Below are positions 51,060-64,000 of a DNA stretch of 64,000 nt, in pieces. Location of the stretch: the NCBI RefSeq assembly GCF_006345805.1, contig NW_021832374.1:1-64000 (forward strand), written 5' to 3'. Made by a program: the position numbers and the translations under genes. How positions within the stretch are numbered: the first letter of the stretch is position 1; each line of letters begins with the position of its first letter. A model generated the notes under the pieces. That model was not told the origin of the DNA, ran no database searches, and saw nothing but the letters and a program-made list of their open reading frames with translations. Source of the DNA: Octopus sinensis (lineage: Eukaryota).

Positions 51060-51530
51060 TTCCAAAGACCACCGTTAACCAAAAGAAAAAAACTAACTAG
51101 GTGATCCGACGAATTTGATCATTGCTCTCAGCTTCGCTCTGTGCTGCTCTCTTGAGCCCACACAAGATCGTTGAGGGCGGATCGTTTCTTTATACCATTG
51201 ATGCCCTTTTGTATTCTTCTCAATGAGAGTTTCGAAAGAGATTGGTGGTTGATAGCTTCACTGTATACCACCTTCGGTAAGTGTGAAAGCTCTTTTCTGG
51301 GTTGCGGAGATTTTACGGATGTTTGTATTTGAAATCAGTGGCCCCCATGAGGCACAAACATATGAGATACATGGTTCCATATACTGTGAGTAGTGTTTTA
51401 ACTATAGAGTGATTTCCCATTTTCCATAAACCAGTTAGGCATTTCAGGAGGTTGATTTTCTTTTCACACTTGATCCCACACGTATCATTAACAACTTTAA
51501 AGCTTTTAGCGACATTGAATAATTTGATAA
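51060..51530 (-). mobile_element. LINE family B 3' fragment
   Basis: KINLLKCLTG, PCISYVCASWG; C-terminus SCVGSREQHRAKLRAMIKFVG. Confidence 0.6.
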
Positions 51531-53429
51531 CAAATTTTTAAAATTTTTTCTGACATGCTGAAGTATCCACACCAGCTAAAGCAAGTCCCTGATATAATGA
51601 TAAATATATTATTAAATAAACCACAAAAAGCACGTTTACTTTCATTCTAATACGTTGAGTGCCTATCAATTAAAGACATGATCTTCTAACAATTCCTCAA
51701 ATCCAATATGCTAGAATAAAACTAAATAATATTAAAACCAGTGATTAGAAGATTCTCCGACAGATTCTGATAAAATGTTGCCCCTTAAATCAAATAATTG
51801 CAGTCGTGCCTGTTGCTCCAATATAGAACAAAATTATATTACAGTAACCCTTCTACGCTGCCAAACATCCATATTTGTTAAACAACGACGGTCAGCTTAA
51901 AATATCAATTCTGCCACACCTTAATACTTTTGAGGTTTCTTTTGATCAAAATAACTGTTATTTCAATATTATCATAATTGATTAAAAGTAATTATTCCTC
52001 ATTATTACTATTGATTATGGAATAATCCTTAATTCTGTATATTAAATATTTAGTTATGGAATATTTGTGTTATGATTTTTTGACATAATATTAATAAAAT
52101 GCCTGAGAAATTCAAATATTGATATCTTTTTTTCATTTATATAAACAAAATATAAAAACTAATATTCTTATCTTTTGTTAAATTTTTTTTAAATGATTTC
52201 AAATATATTATTCTTTAATAAAGTTAATTTAGTTTATTTTATTTTGCTTCATTACAGGATTTAATGTGGAAAAAATGTTTGACTTTCTTTGCTGGTATTC
52301 TCGTCTCGTATTATATTTTGCGAAAACGAATTCCCCAGATTTATTCTTAGCATTTTTTATCATCAAGCGACAGTTTCCACAAGTTCTCAGGTTAATATAC
52401 CCACCAAACTTGTACAAAATGGGACTACGATTGGGATAAGTTTGTATTTAATAATATCCATCTACTAGTCCAAGTCCACTTAACGGAACTCAATTGTTAA
52501 TTCAAGCGCAAAGAGGAAAATTATTTAATCAGACATGCATTTCGATGTTGAAGATAAATCAAATATAGATAATTCTTTGACTAAAATGGGTTTTTATATT
52601 GTTTAAAAAATGTTAAGGTCGTGAACAGGCACATTTTACTGCCATACGGTTACTATCTATGAATATCCCTATACAATTAATAACAACATCGACTATGGGA
52701 AAGATCTGTTGAACGGCCAATATTTTTTATAAGTGCTTTTAAAAAGCGATCAAAATCTAAAATTCGTCAAATTCATTTTGCCGAATTTTGATCGTCGGAT
52801 ATGCTTAGAGAAGGGGCTCCATTTCCCCCAGAACCTCCATTAGAGTCATTTCATTCGTTATCAAAAACATGTTGGTGTTTTGAGATACAAGTTTATAGTT
52901 TTTTAGTATTTTGAAGATGGTCCTCGTATTGAAGCTGCTTTTCATATATTTCTACAGGCCACCTTCGACACAAAAAAATGGCTCAGTAGACCTCCTTTTT
53001 TGTCATGCCAATGTTATTCGATACTTTGTTTTCAGGTATAAATCAGATTTATTTTTAGGGCTTTACAATTGCACCCTTGTGGATGGTTAAGAAGACTTTA
53101 TCTCATGCTTCTATCACTGAGCTGACATAATTCTTCGGGAATTGTTTCGATGCATCTTCTAGGTGATTGTGGACATATTCCAGCTGAGAAAATCACATCT
53201 TAGTTGTATTATTTTTGTAATACTTAGACGAATTGTTTTAACGAAAATTCCTTTAAAAATCTATATTTATGCGTCATTAGTATTTCAGTCAATTTGATTA
53301 AGGACGTCAATTTAATTTTTGAAAACTAAGTAAAAACTGATTTTGTTGTTGTATAATTAACCCGATATCAATATTTGGTTGAGTTAGTGACGCAACTCTA
53401 TTGCACAAAGTCTTAATCACATATGAGGC

Positions 53430-56398
53430 TACAAAGAGATTTTACTTGCTATCATTCAATGTCAGAGGACTATCTGACCTATCCAAGCGAAAAATCCTAT
53501 GCCGGGATCTGAATGCATATGTGCAACTATCGGATGCTTTCAAGAAACGAAGGTCAAAGGCGGGCTAGATGAGATACACAACGAGTATCGAATCATTCTC
53601 CTTCCATCAGAATCACGTCATTATGGGCAGGGGTTTGGCATTCATAAGACCTTTTGGAATTCAATTCACAAATACTACCGTGTGAACGACCGCATATGTT
53701 ACTACAACTGAGACAAAAAACTTTGACCAACACGGATCGAATAATCAGCATTATAAATGTCTACGCCCCACAAAGTGGAAGACTGAAGAAGAACATGGAT
53801 GAACTAGACTCTTTCTATCACATGCTATCAAAGACCTACACGAGTATAAAAACATCCTTCCTTATACTAATTGCCGTGTGATTGGAATGCTAAGGCAGGC
53901 AAAGGCCGTGGTGAAGAAGTGTTCATGGGCAGACATGGACGGGGGATAAGAAATGCACCAGGTGAAATGCTTGTGAACTTCTGCAGCATATTCAAGCTAC
54001 TGCTATGCAATACGGTCTTTCCTCATGCGGCACGTCATAAAACCACGTGGACCGGGACTAGAAGAAACAAAATGGGGAGTACGTCAACATCTATAATCAA
54101 ATCGATTATATCATCTGTAGACAAGAAGAAAAACATCGATTGCTGGATGCCAGGTCATATGGCGGGGCACTTACACTGAGCGATCACAAAGCCATTGTGG
54201 CACGATTGAGACTGAAAAGAATTTTTGGATCGCCTCTTTCAAAAGAAATGAATCAAACCGAATTAGATACTCAGTGGAAAAACTGATTACATCAGATGTT
54301 ACCAAGGAAAATACTCCCAGGCAATCATCGAAAACCTAAAAGTAACAGAAACGGTAAAAGACCCAAACAAAAGCTGGGATATATTAGAAAAAAACTTATT
54401 CACAAAGCTGCAACGGAAACCATTGGAACGACTGCATTCAGAAACCACTCAAACCCATTGAATCCAAATGTTGCCGAAATGGCAACAAACAAAAAGCCAT
54501 CCAACTGAAAATTGAAAACACCAACGACAAGGAGGCAAAGGAAAAACTCAAAAGAGAACGTAGGAAATATCGAGAACAATCAAGAAGGAAAATCTTAAAT
54601 ACGTGAAAGCTTTATTAAACTCTCGAATATCAGAAGTTGAAGACTTAAAGGATGGTGCGCAAATGTACGCAGCCATCAGACTACTACGCCGACGACAACA
54701 GAAAACAAAAAGGTTTGTGCACGATGAACATGGGAAAACAATTGGAAACCCAATCGAAATGGTAAATACAATCGCCGACCACTTCGAAATACTATTCAAT
54801 GGCAGGGCCGATGCTCTCGATGAGGGTGAAGAACGTTATCTAAACAACAAAATAACACACCTTGAAGTTTTGAAGGCTATAAAAAAATTAAAAAACAACC
54901 GTGCGGCGGGTCCAGACAACATCAACGGTGAATTGATAAAGTACTCCCCAATGGAGATCTCAACTATAATCACAAATCTCCTGAACGAGATGTTCCATGG
55001 AAATACCATACCGCCTATTGGGAAAGGAACGCTAATTCCTCTCCAAAAACCAACAAGCCGCAAGGTCCTCTTAACAACATTCGCCCAATCATACTCTTGA
55101 ACACAATAAGGAAATCTTCTCGCTCGTAACACTGGAACGTATTAAGGACCCTGTTAATGAATATCTGTCGGCTAGCCAAAGTGGATTCAGGCCTGGGCGA
55201 TCAACTGCAGATGTAGTATGGGGACATAGATGGATCTGTGCCATATCTCAGAAATTTAAAATGGCGACCACAATATTGGGCATTGATATGAGCAGGGCAT
55301 TTGATACAATCCGCAGAGACAAGCTAATGGAGATCCTCAAAACTATTCTTGACAATGACTCGATCAGAATGGTTCGAGCACTACTTATAGACACCGAGTT
55401 AACGGTGAAGATCGGACCCGTACAATCAAGATCTTTCAAAACAAGCATTGGAACGCCCCAAGGTGATTCAATATCACCTGTACTATTCATTGTCTATCTT
55501 GAAGCGGCACTAAGAGATCTGAGAAAACTAGTGAAGCCACTTCAATAACTGAAGTGATATATGCCGACGATGTAGACTTTTTGTCTCATGATAAGTCGAC
55601 ACTCGAAGAACTGCTGAACATTGCTCCCCAGGCACTGGAAAAATGGTTCTTAAAAGTGAACATAGAAAAAAACCGAATATGTAACAATCAACCGGAGGAG
55701 GCAAATAGAACAGACGAAAAATGGCGAAACTCGAAAAAAGTGGAACTCTTTTAGGAGATAGTGAAGACATTATGAGGAGAAAGATGCTATCGACTGTTGC
55801 ACTTAACAAACTGCGGACCACTTGGCTACGAAACCGCGAGGTTGGAACGGCCTTACGTGCCAAATTATACAATGCTTTTATTAAACCCATACTTTTGTAC
55901 AACGGAGGAACATGGGGAATATCTGAGTCTGAATCAAAATCTCTTGATGCATTCCATAGAAGACAGTTAAGAATTCTTTTGGCATCAACTGGCCAAAGAA
56001 AATCAAGAACTCCACCCTATACAATATCTGCAACAGCAGACCCGTCAGTGTGGACATTACCGAAGCACGTTGGCGCCTATTGGGCCACATTCTAAGACTC
56101 GACCAGGATGTTTATGCTAACTGGGCAATGGAATCATATTACGCAAAGGACGAAAGATCTGCGTCCCGAGGACGCCCACGAAATACATTACCTATTGTAA
56201 TCTCAAAAGAACTACAACGCGTTAAAAGACAACTGAAAAATGGAGAGACGACTAGATACTCTCAGGAGTATAGCATACAACCGCACATCATGGAAAATTA
56301 TGACCGAAAAGATAGTCTCATATGTGGCACATGTGGGAACTTAATTAGTTTAAATTACATTATGTTCCTATGACAGTGCTAATAATAATAATAATAAT
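53430..56398 (+). mobile_element. Near full-length RTE/RTE-X LINE (APE + RT), frameshifted, (TAA)n tail
   Basis: FNVRGL, QETK, INVYAP, DWNAK, SDHK, RAAGPDNI, IDMSRAFDTI, GTPQGDSISP, IYADDV and LLYNGGTW. Confidence 0.9.
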
Positions 56399-56685
56399 AT
56401 ACAACATCATGGGCGATTCAATTCAAATAAACTAGCTATTTATTTCATCACAAAACATAACCAAATAACCCAGATCTCACATCATAGTATGAGACCAGCG
56501 GCTAGTAGAAACGACTGCGTTTTCGAAGGTTACTCCCAAAGGACCTCGAGGAGTGAACAGCAAGTTTTCTGCGGATGGGAAGTAGACTCAGTAGCGAAAA
56601 AGTGATCAGTACAGTACTCGTCAACACAAAAAAGGTTACAGAAAGGAAAGCTCTAGAATTAAAGATATAGAGATAAAAGTGTGGA

Positions 56686-59600
56686 TTTTTTTAGGAATAG
56701 GAATAGGAAGTTTTATTGGAAACAGAGAAGGGTTAAAGGTTAGGGGGGAGTTGTATAATGAAACAATAGGACTACCCTATCGACTTCTTCCCAGAAAAAA
56801 AAAAGAGACCCCCTCAAGTAAATTTTTTTTTTTTTTTTTTTTCTTTTCTACCTCTGCAGGTACGTCCCAGTGACAATTGAGTTGGATTTATAACCACTTA
56901 TAGCTTTTTCGACAGTTTCACCGACCATGGAGGATTTACTTTCAAGCCACAGGGGGATTGGATCTTCAACTTTTGGTGGTAAGCAAGCTTCAAAGCGAGC
57001 CTGCGAGACTTTTCAAATTAGTTAAGATGGTGTCCTTCTTTTTAGAGAAGTACCATCCCTCTTTTCCGTATAGTAGTCCCGGTAGGATCACCGTATTGAA
57101 AACGTAGAGGAAAGTATCAGGCTCCAAATTTAACTTCCTCAGGCAGAACAGAGCATTAGTTGCTTTCCTTTTACTTAATTTTGCGTTTTCGAGATAGTTT
57201 CCCTTTTCATCGATGAACAAGCCAAGATATTTAATTGAGTTTTGTCGAGGTATGTTCTTGATCAGGCACGGTAAATTTATTAAATTTCTGCTTTCTGTGA
57301 TTCTCAGTAATGCGGACTTCTCACGCGCAATAATGAACATATTTTCATCGCACCATTGCTCCACTGTATTCATATATGATATAATCCTTTGTTCGGATAA
57401 GGCAGGTTTCGATGAAATGTCAAGGATTACAACATCATCGGCGTATATCAAAATTTCCGTCCGTGTGTTGACAGGAGACGGCAGATTGCTCATCACAATG
57501 TTGAATAATAGAGGACTGAGGACTGATCCTTGAGGGACGCCTCTTTAAGTTTCAGTTCATCCGAGTCATAGTTCAGAAAGCTTATCACAGAGCGCCTGTC
57601 GCGGAGGAAGTCTTTTAGCCATAGGAATAGTCCTTTGTCTATGTGACACTTCGCCAGATGTCTAGGAGACGAGGTGCCAAACCATATCAAAGGCTTTTGA
57701 GATGTCTAGAGACACAATTGTCAGACACTCTTTGAAATCCAGAGCCTTTACAATCGACGAATTGAGTGTATAAAGACAGTCAGCACAGGAACGACCCCTC
57801 CGAAAGCCCCACTGCACGTCTTTGAGATAACCATTTCTCTCGACGTGTTCAGAGAGTCGTTCAAACATTACCCTTTCCATTATTCGACTGATGGTAGGAA
57901 TTAGGCTTATAGGCCTATAACTTGTCGCCAAGTAACCAGGTTTTCCAGGCTTCCGTATCATCCTTACCTCCGTCAGTTTCCATGAAGAAGGGACGTATCC
58001 CAAGCTCACACTGCGGGAGAAGAGACATCCCAAATATTCGTAAAGTTGCTTGGGAGCTTCTTTGAACATGCGCATGGTTATCTTGTCCTTTCCCGGAGCG
58101 TTATTTTTGGAGTATCTAACTGCATTTTCCACGTCTTTGCACGTTATAGATTCCGAGCACATTGGTAATGAGCTAAGATTGTCTTCCAACTTTTTCCATA
58201 TCAAACAAAGCTGAATCAGATAGATTTGTATCCGGATTGACTTCTTGTATTCTTTTGAGACTATCAGCAAATATGTTCGGGATTTCTTCATGAGATGCAG
58301 GGGATCCATCTTGTTTTAGCAGTTTAGGTATAGTTTTCTCAGACGTCGAGGTTAATTTCGAGTAGACCTTCCAAAAATTTGGACTTCCTTTATGTAGCTT
58401 TTTGCACTCAGTATTCCATTTTTTATCCTTCGCCACCTTCGCCGATTTTCTTATTTCTTCCGTAATGGTGAAGATTTCACTTTCCAAAACGGACCGGTCA
58501 CGAAAATCTGCGCAGCGCCGGAGTTTGTTCCTTAGACATTGTTTTTCCTTAGTAGGATTTCAACATTCATGTTTGGCATGTGAGTTTTCCTATTGTTTGA
58601 GACGATTTTTGTAGAATATGGTTCCAGATAAGACTTTATGTATCCAATAAGGGAATTGCTAGACTTCTCGAGGTCCTCAGATGAAGAATTTTCGTCAAGT
58701 TTAGGAGCGAAATTGCTCAGATAAAGTGTAAAACATTTTCGGTAGTGTTCCCAGTTTATAGTCGAGAGGTTATATCGTATAAAAGTTGGTTTACCCTTTA
58801 AAGGTCCAAGGTTGAGTTTGTATAAAATTGGTAGATGGTCACTTCCAATATCATTTAAGGTGTACGGTTGTTCCATAAATTGAAGAGTAGACATAGAGAC
58901 CAATGCTACGCCCAAATAGTCCCACCCTCCTGGTGAGTAATGATTTGGGGTTTTTGATGTGATGACCGAGAAACTGAGAGATTCTGAAAGCTTCTTAAGA
59001 ATGATGCCATCCCTGTTGGTTCTCAGACAGCCAAAAGATGTGCATTTGGCATTTAGATCCCCGAGGAGTATTGACAAATGATTGTGTTTATCGGCAAAAA
59101 AGTCCTTGATAAGCGATGAATAATTGGAAAGGGATTTTGAGTACATCCCTCCGATTGTTACCCACCCTTTTTCCAGAAGGACGTCGATTGTGAGGAATTC
59201 ACACAATTCCTCGGACACAATTTTTAGATTTTTCACCCTTAGAGTTGATTTGTAGTAGATAGAAGTGCTGTTCCAGCGATCGAGCCCGGCTTCCACTTAA
59301 TATCAAGGGAACGATAGCCATCCAAGTAGTAATCATCATGTTTTTTGATTTTTGTTTCGTTTACGATCAAAAGGTCCACGGGGTTATGGGATAACATATC
59401 CTCAATCTCTGAACGCCTTCTCTTTAGAGAACGTGCGTTCAGCGATAATAGACAGAAAGGGGCTCACGCCTGATCAATCCTTTCCCTTCCAAGAGAAAGG
59501 GACAACAGATTGTGATATCGAGGCCTTTTTCATCGCATATAGCGATTATTTTGCGAATCATAGAGGTAAGCTCAACGTCGATAGTTGGTGCTTTCCTCTT

Positions 59601-60620
59601 AAAGCGGGTTGGAGGCTCTGTGTGTTGTGTATTGGGAGGCAAAGTTGCGTCTTCACTAACATCTGTTGCGTTGAGGAGTCAAAACAGCGGGAAATTGTGG
59701 GTTTTCGCCATACAGATTCAACGGCCTCCGCTTTTGACCATACAGTTTTTGAGTGTTCTGCTTTGGCCAGTCTCCCTGTCCCTGGCACTGAGCTGCTTTT
59801 TTAGTTGTTCAGTGGCTGCCTTAGCTGAAGAGCAGCCACCGTAGCAAGCCAAATGCCCACTCAGACCGCAGTTTATACATTTTTTCTCAGTTTTTCTTTA
59901 ACGGGCACATTTTCATATTATGATCACCACCACAGAAAAGACATCTTTCCACTTCTTTGCAGAAGTTAGCAATGTGACCAAATTGTTGGCAGCGAAAGCA
60001 TCTTGTTGCTGGGTTTTTAAACCATTCGCATCGTATTTTTTGAAATCCCACTTCGATTCCCATCCTTACAAGCGAGGTGGCTTCTGCCCTCGAATTCAGA
60101 CTCAACTTCCAACAGGTATACTCCGTCCATTTTTGTAGACCGTTGGAAAGTAAAACCGGGGTTGAGAATTTCTTTGAGGTAAAGATCCAGGTCTTCTCGG
60201 AGACCCAAGATGGTATCCCTTCAAGACTACGGTCGATGGTTGCAGACTGCACGCAGAAATATAATGGCCGTCCTGGCCAAATGGTTTGTTATACTCGAAG
60301 TCATTCACAAACGAGTCCCTATCACTAGAATTTGAGAATTCGAGGGTAAGTCCCCAGACTTCCTGGCAGTAATTCGGGCCTTCTGTGCAGTCTCGGATTT
60401 GGTTAGAATATTAAAGGACTTTATTCGTCCAATCGCATAATTTTTTATCTGCAGCGAGAGGACAAGAGACTCAGTACAGTTTGGATTGTTCAAAGAGACT
60501 TTAGAGGAGTGTGACCCCTCCTCATCTTTGATACGGATTTCATCTTTGCGTTCAAGCTCTTGAGACACAGAAGATTTTGAGTTTTTGATAGTTTTATTTT
60601 TTGCACCACGAGAAACGAAC
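56686..60620 (-). mobile_element. Near full-length I/Jockey-like LINE (ORF1 with CCHC, APE, RT), frameshifted
   Basis: CFRCQQFGHIANFC; LLGDLNAK, GSDHLPI; APGKDKI, SYRPISL, LDISKAFDMVWH, QGSVLSP, YADDV, IKYLG. The 3' UTR has an internal poly(A) (56823-56842) and an (CCTATT)n end. Confidence 0.9.
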
Positions 60621-60639
60621 GTGTCATGCTGATTTTTTT

Positions 60640-61330
60640 ATTGGCTGTAAAAATGGTTTAACCCGTTGATTTCAGCACGGATCCGGGACTATTTTTAGCG
60701 GGCGTGCTTTTCAGTGCACAGCCATTGTGATTTAGCATGTTTAGACCAGTTTAAGGGTGATAGGATTTACGCGAAACAAATAGGAATTGTGGTCCTCTCA
60801 TATTTACATGTTCTTTTATCGGAGAATATTGGTTTCGTAGTGCAGATAGTCGGTGAATGTTGATTTCAGACACCCGGATATAATGCGCTAGTTTTATTTT
60901 GAACTGATTGAAGTTGCTTGGTAGAGCTTGCACATAAACAGGGAGCCCAGCTCGGACTTTTGTAGCTTAGAACAGGGAGGATTTATTGTTTGTATACTTG
61001 TTTGAGAAGTGATTTCTTGATACCATTTATGCAACCACTTAATGCTTTTAGAATGTTTGTTGAAGGACATGGCTGGGTAAAAAATAAGTCCAATAACATT
61101 TGGGTGCTTGGATAGCGAAAGGTCAGAAGCAAAGAGAGGTAGCTTGGGATGTGTGTTTGATGTCTTAAAAAAGTGACGAATACTTGGATGATGAAGACTC
61201 GAGTCGTTTTCGATGTGCCAATTCTCAACGAAAAATAGTTGTTGCTGAATGTTGAAAAAGGGGGCTTTCTAGTCTCCGTGTTTTGAGAAAATAAGTAGTC
61301 TTCTTGTAAGATAGTTCAAGTTGTTTGGGT
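60640..61330 (-). mobile_element. Degenerate LINE ORF2 C-terminal remnant
   Basis: NILKALSG...KKSLLKQVYKQ*ILPVLSY; KQLQSVQNK. Confidence 0.55.
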
Positions 61331-62096
61331 CGTTGACCGGAAAGTCGTAAAATAACATGGTTGGAAACAACATAAAACCAGCGGTACCCCGTTTTAAAAG
61401 ATAAAGTTATTAAAAAAATGGTCTAAAGAAAATAATTATTTCACGTTTTTACATCATCGGGAGCCACTATAAGGAGGAGTGCGCGCTAACGGGTAGCAGA
61501 TACTCGATCAAGTTGACTAAAAGTCGGGGAAGGACTGGATCGGCGAACATCAAACGAGATACTTTCAGGTACTCTCAGAGTCCTCTTAAAACAATTGACT
61601 GCATATAAGCATGTCATAATTATCCCCAACCAACTGTTTTAAGTACCTCTTGTTTTACTTAGTCACATGCTAAAAGAGCATTTCATGTTTCATCTAGATT
61701 GACTTTACTAAAAATGATCCAATCCGAATAAATAAAGAACATAACAAAAATAAGAGATTTGGAAGAGTTCAGAAGTATATAAATTGTGAACAATAATGGT
61801 TATCCTTCCATACAAGGGTAACAAGTCGCTTTTTGGGCAAAATATTCAAAAAACTTTTGCGCCTTCTATCCAAATTTTTTAGATATGACTGCAAAATATT
61901 CTCTTAATTCAATTCCAAATAATCTCATTTCTAGTGGTAAAAAAAGTATTGCAAATAAATCTGTTTGTTATGTCTTCAAATTGAATTATTAACTAATTCT
62001 ATTAAAATTATGTTTGAATATAAAAAAACTTATATATTTATGTTTTTTATTATACAAATATATTAAATATAAAATCCTGATTAAAAATGTGTTTTG

Positions 62097-64000
62097 CAAG
62101 CCAAAAAGAACTTTTACATTCACGTAGCGCTGAGCTAGAGTGAAGTCTTCTCTTCTACAAACATGGAAACCCTTGTGCTCTAATATGGACAAACATATAA
62201 TGCAATTGCGGAGACTACGGCCAAACAAATCTGCGCGGACTCACGTGAAGAAAACGGGGGTACTTATTTGTTCCATTTTTCTTGTTCTGTTTAAGGAATA
62301 AAAAAGACATTAAAATGAATCTACTGGAAAGTTTATGATTTAACTTTCGTCAAGTTTTTTGAGGTTTCACACCAATCAGCGTAGAAGGTAAACTTCCTTA
62401 AGAGAAAAATCTTTTTACCCTGTCAAATCAAAAATTTCTTATTTGATCGACATTCACATAAACACTTTTTTGCTACAAGCATACCTTACCGATTTATTTC
62501 TCAGTTTCGTTGCTTTAAAACCCAAAAAATTGAAGGAGGGGATTATTTATATTATAAATTTGTTTTAGGGAAAACTTTAGTATGATGTAGCTTAGAAACT
62601 CCAAAAAAACTGGTTGATAAAAAAAGATGAGAACAAGTCTCGGAAAGCCATGTGGCTTTAACGGATTTCTCGGAGGATTCTCGAATTTAATTCTCAAAAC
62701 GTCTCCCTCAAAAGTTTTAAATACTAAATTAAATGTGATCGTATATATTGTATTAAAATAATTCGGTAAGTATATCACCAAATATAGCGATCTTGAGGTT
62801 TTTAGTGAAAAATTATGACAATTTTTCACTTGAAAAGATAATTGAGTGTTTCTTCCAATTAATTATCAATTCGTAATAATTTTTCTTAAATAGTCGTAAA
62901 TTATTATCAAAAAATGGTGCTGGCATGCATTAAAACTTTCTATATGATTATTTGTTTGATTTTTTGGGGGTAATTGAGTTTAAACTAAATATAGATCATC
63001 TCTATTATAAGTTGCTTTGTTGGAACTGATATATTAATAAATTACAAATTACAAAAATTATTTGAAAATTACTATTTGAAATATGTGGGAGTTATTTCAT
63101 TAACCATTGGTCTTATAGCATTTCTTGGAACGGTTTCTGGAAGTTTATATGCATATAAGAAAAAAGGATTTTATGCAAAATTTTTCGTAAGAAATTTTTA
63201 AAAACAAATTAGTTTGCTTTTTCCCTTTTTACTATTCCTATTTTGTTATTTGGAGAAACAGTTATATATTGCAACAAAAAACAAACAGTTATCATTTTTA
63301 ACCACAATTATTAGGTTCTAAACGAAATGCGCAATAATTTCATCAATGCAGTAAAAAATTATCCAATAAATAAACATGCTCTGGATAAATACCAAAATTA
63401 TCATAAATGTTGTGGTTACTCATCTCCATTAAATTGGAATGGGAATTTTCCAAAAAGTTGTTGTTCAATTAGTCCTTGCAATATTTACAATGCAAATCAA
63501 GTTAATTTATTTTTCAGTCATAATGTTTAGGGATGCATTAGAAAACTTGAAAACGACGCAGAAAATTATAAATTATATTTGATTTTTGGGACTGTGATGG
63601 TTTCTCTAATAGCGGTTATATGCGCTAATTTAATTTAGTTATTCGGAATCTATTCCGCCTACGCAGAAATTACTGAAAATTAGGAATGTCGAAATTGATT
63701 ACTAACTTATATTAACTATAGTATTTGTAAAAAGTTTTTAAACATTAATATCTAGTAAAAAGATAAAAAAAATATCTAGAAAATTTATGAATTTTATATT
63801 CAATTTTAGATAGATTAGTCCGCGTGTATTTTTTCATGAATAAAATCTAATTTTTTAACAAAACAAAGTAATCACAAAAAGCTATCATTAAAACGACAAT
63901 CATCAAATAGCAGACCGCCCGTCGTTAATCATAATCATATAGCATTCAAAAACCAAATCACACAAAAATTAAAAGTTAGTTAAGTTAAAAAAAATTCCAC
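62097..64000 (+). repeat. Second copy of the 46811-48712 duplication, running to the window end
   Basis: Direct sequence match. Confidence 0.95.
62914..63705 (+). CDS. Tetraspanin, copy 2; two 1-nt homopolymer frameshifts at different sites from copy 1
   Basis: Same exon structure and CCG loop as copy 1. Confidence 0.85.

Noticed and set aside
59352-59844. Plus-strand 150-aa and 110-aa ORFs as novel genes
   Set aside because: They are antisense shadows of the LINE ORF1 C-terminal region.
61600-61640. Fragment of the LysRS C-terminus (ATCCCCAACCAACTGTT match)
   Set aside because: The match is only ~17 nt and the surroundings belong to the repeat shared with 2.1-2.4 kb; it is probably chance.
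62960-62995. GG-AG intron in tetraspanin copy 2
   Set aside because: Copy 1 has one more T upstream, which gives a normal GT-AG intron in frame.

Overview
Eukaryotic, strongly AT-rich genomic DNA dominated by nested, mostly degraded transposons. DNA transposons present: hAT (several subfamilies), Merlin, Tc1/IS630, pogo/Tigger, Ginger-like integrases and two non-autonomous Helitrons. Retroelements present: RTE, I/Jockey-like, CRE-like and R2/NeSL-like non-LTR elements. Islands of compact host genes lie between them: lysyl-tRNA synthetase, a TIA-1-like RRM protein, an AGC-type kinase, MsrB, a tetraspanin (twice, in a ~1.9 kb duplication) and at least one orphan gene. Host genes are split by very short spliceosomal introns, mostly 23-36 nt. 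These are nearly all GT-AG, with one GC-AG and one candidate GA-AG, and splicing them by hand restores family motifs under the standard genetic code. The same micro-introns occur inside DNA-transposon transposase genes (Merlin, hAT, Ginger-like), including one apparently intact 1.9 kb hAT. Other highlights are two near-identical Helitrons 97 bp apart, each carrying a 95-96 bp tandem array with an open 32-codon frame, and a 47-bp hAT micro-MITE with a perfect TSD. Frequent single-base homopolymer indels suggest unpolished long-read sequence, so isolated frameshifts are not trusted. The organism cannot be named from the sequence; the architecture fits a reduced, tiny-intron eukaryote such as a parasite. 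All family assignments are by-eye motif recognition, not database searches.
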